DNA from: Malacoraja senta
Lineage: Eukaryota
NCBI GenBank assembly: GCA_038087875.1
Contig: JAXLNO010000680.1
Location: forward strand, 186,001 to 250,000
Length of the DNA: 64,000 nt
Reading direction: 5' to 3'
Shown in pieces: positions 61,800 to 64,000 of the stretch (position 1 is its first letter; the number at the start of each line of letters is the position of its first letter). The notes under the pieces were generated by a model, which was given only the letters and a program-made list of their open reading frames with translations, was not told the DNA's origin and ran no database searches. Made by a program: the position numbers and the translations under genes.

Positions 61800-62668
61800 A
61801 GCCCTTAAATTAAACAGTAGCAAAACAGAATTTCTCCTCATTGGCTCCAAATCAACACTCACTAAAATTAACAACCCCACTCTCACTATCGACGGCACCA
61901 CTGTCTCCCCATCTCCTCAGGCACGCAACCTTGGCGTGATCCTTGACTCAACCCTCTCCCTTGAGCCTCACATCCGCCATGTTGTCAAAACATCATTTTT
62001 TCACCTCCGCAACATTGCAAAAATCAGATCGTCTCTCACACCCCCCGCTGCTGAAAGACTCATCCATGCCTTCATCTCCTCCCGACTGGACTACTGTAAC
62101 TCTCTTCTCTTTGGAATCAATTCCAGCAACATCAACCGACTCCAACTGGTCCAGAATGCAGCCGCTCGACTCATTACCCACACCAAACCCTGGCACCACA
62201 TCACCCCAGTTCTCAAAGAACTTCACTGGCTTCCCATTTCCCACCGGATCATCTACAAAATCCTGGTCCTCACCTACAAAGCCCTCAACAACCTGGCCCC
62301 CCCTTATCTCATTGACCTCCTTTCCCCCTACCAACCCTCACGGTCCCTCAGATCCACATCAGCTGGTCTCCTCTCCACTCCGAAATCAAACCTCTGCACT
62401 TTTGGAGGCAGAGCCTTCTCCAGGGCAGCTCCCAGGCTCTGGAATTCCCTCCCACAACTGGTCCGAAATTCTGAGTCCCTCACCATCTTCCAGTCCCGCC
62501 TCAAGACCCATCTCTTCACCTCTGCATACCCTTAGTCCCATGTTCCCCTCCCCTCTGTCTTAATGCTCTATTTTGTTTTGTTTATTCCTGACTCTCAATG
62601 TAAAGCGACTTTGAGTCCTGAAAAGCGCTATATAAATAAAATCTATTATTATTATTATTATTATTATA
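61800..62668 (+). mobile_element. L2-clade LINE 3' end
   Basis: ORF 61936..62535 (HAFISSRLDYCNSL...LQLVQNAAARL...LHWLP...PRLWNSLP...LKTHLF); tail aaagcgac...aaaagcgcta followed by (TAT)n. Confidence 0.9.
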
Positions 62669-62789
62669 TAATACACTGGATGGAAACTCATTGTGTGTAA
62701 TGGGTGATTCTCAAGTTTAATAACCCGACAGCAACACACACTTCGAGTGCACCTCCCTCCATGTTAAGGGGTAACAAATCTTGTCCATA

Positions 62790-63570
62790 TTCCAACGGGA
62801 TCCCACTACTGGCTACATCTTCCCATCTCCACCTCTTTCTGCTTTCCTCAGAGACCGTTCCCTCCGCAACTCCCTGGTCAACTCGTCCCTTCCCACCCAA
62901 ACCACCCCCTCCCCAGGTACTTTCCCCAGCAACCGCAGGAGATGCAACACCTGTCCCTTTACTCCCCCCTCGACTCTATCCAAGGACCCCGACAGTCTTT
63001 CCAGGTGAAGCAGAGGTTTCACTTGCACCTCCTCCAACCTCATCTACTGTATCCGCTGTTCCAGGTGTCAACTTCTCTACATCGGCGAGACCAGGCGCAG
63101 GTTCGACGATCGTTTCGCTGAACACCTCCGCTCAGTCCGCCTAAACCTTCCTGATCTCCCGGTTGCCAAACACTTCAACTCCCCCTCCCATTCCCACACT
63201 GACCTTTCTGTCCTGGGCCTCCTCCACTGTCAGAGTGAGGCCCAGCGTTAATTGGAGGAACAGCACTTCATATTTCACTTGGGCAGCTTACACCCCAGCG
63301 GTATGAACATTGACTTCTCTAACTTCAAGTAGCCCTTGCTTTCCCTCTCTCTCCGTCCCCTCCCCCTTCCCAGTTCTCCCACTAGTCTTACTGTCTCCGC
63401 CCCCATTTTATCTCTGTATCACCCTCTCCCCTGACATCAATCTGAAGAAGGGTCTCGTCCCAAAATGCTACCCATTCCTTCTCTCCAGAGATGCTGCCCG
63501 TCCGGCTGAGTTACTCCAGCTTTTTGTGTCAATCTTCGATTTAAACCAGCATCTTCAGTTATTTCCTACA
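62790..63570 (+). mobile_element. Penelope-like element 3' fragment with terminal repeat
   Basis: Same sequence family as 4131-5300 in the opposite orientation, including NLIYCIRCSRCQLLYIGET. Confidence 0.85.
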
Positions 63571-63699
63571 TACTCCCTCAGAGAGCATTTGGATTTTAAC
63601 CGAAGAATACAAAAAGCTGGCGTAACTCAGCATTTCTGGAGAGAAGGAATGGGTGACGTTTCAGGGCAAGACCCTTCTATCGATGATGAAGAAAGCAAA

Positions 63700-64000
63700 C
63701 GCAATGATAGCATTTATTTCAAGAGGGCTAGAATACAAAATACAGGGATGTATTCCTGAGGCTCTATAAGGCGCTGGTCAGTCTGCGTTTGGAATATTGT
63801 GAGCAAATTTGGGACCCTTATGTGAGGAAGGATGTGCTGGCTCTGGAGAGGGTCCAGAGGAGGTTTACAAGAATGATCCCAGGAATGAGTGGGTTAACCT
63901 ATGATGAGCGTTTGTCGGCACTGGGCCTGTACTTGCTGGAGTTTAGAAGGATGAGGGGGGGACATCATTGATACGTTACCGAATAGTGAAAGGCTTGGAA
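63700..64000 (+). mobile_element. CR1-clade LINE fragment running off the window
   Basis: ORF 63789..63971. Confidence 0.8.

Overview
This is repeat-dense vertebrate genomic DNA. The repeat content (HE1/V-SINE-type tRNA SINEs, CR1/HER1-type LINEs, Penelope-like elements, Rex-Babar, L2) points to a cartilaginous fish, probably a skate or ray; this is an inference. The window holds two tandem minus-strand BTB/POZ zinc-finger genes, each with one coding exon and an inferred non-coding first exon in a CpG island. One is an intact ZBTB22 (CDS 45906-47255). The other is a ZBTB43-like paralog (CDS 9120-10596) whose frame breaks just before the zinc fingers, best explained by two 1-bp deletions (assembly error or real lesion). 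Both genes share the same unusual layout built from unrelated repeat units: a roughly 3-kb CA-rich satellite in intron 1, the first exon, a GC-box minisatellite, then a simple-sequence tract. Penelope-like terminal repeats carrying minimal hammerhead-ribozyme motifs are scattered throughout, often as palindromic fold-backs. Most other ORFs in the track are transposon fragments, antisense shadows or repeat artefacts. Family assignments rest on recalled motifs, not database searches, and transposon boundaries are approximate.
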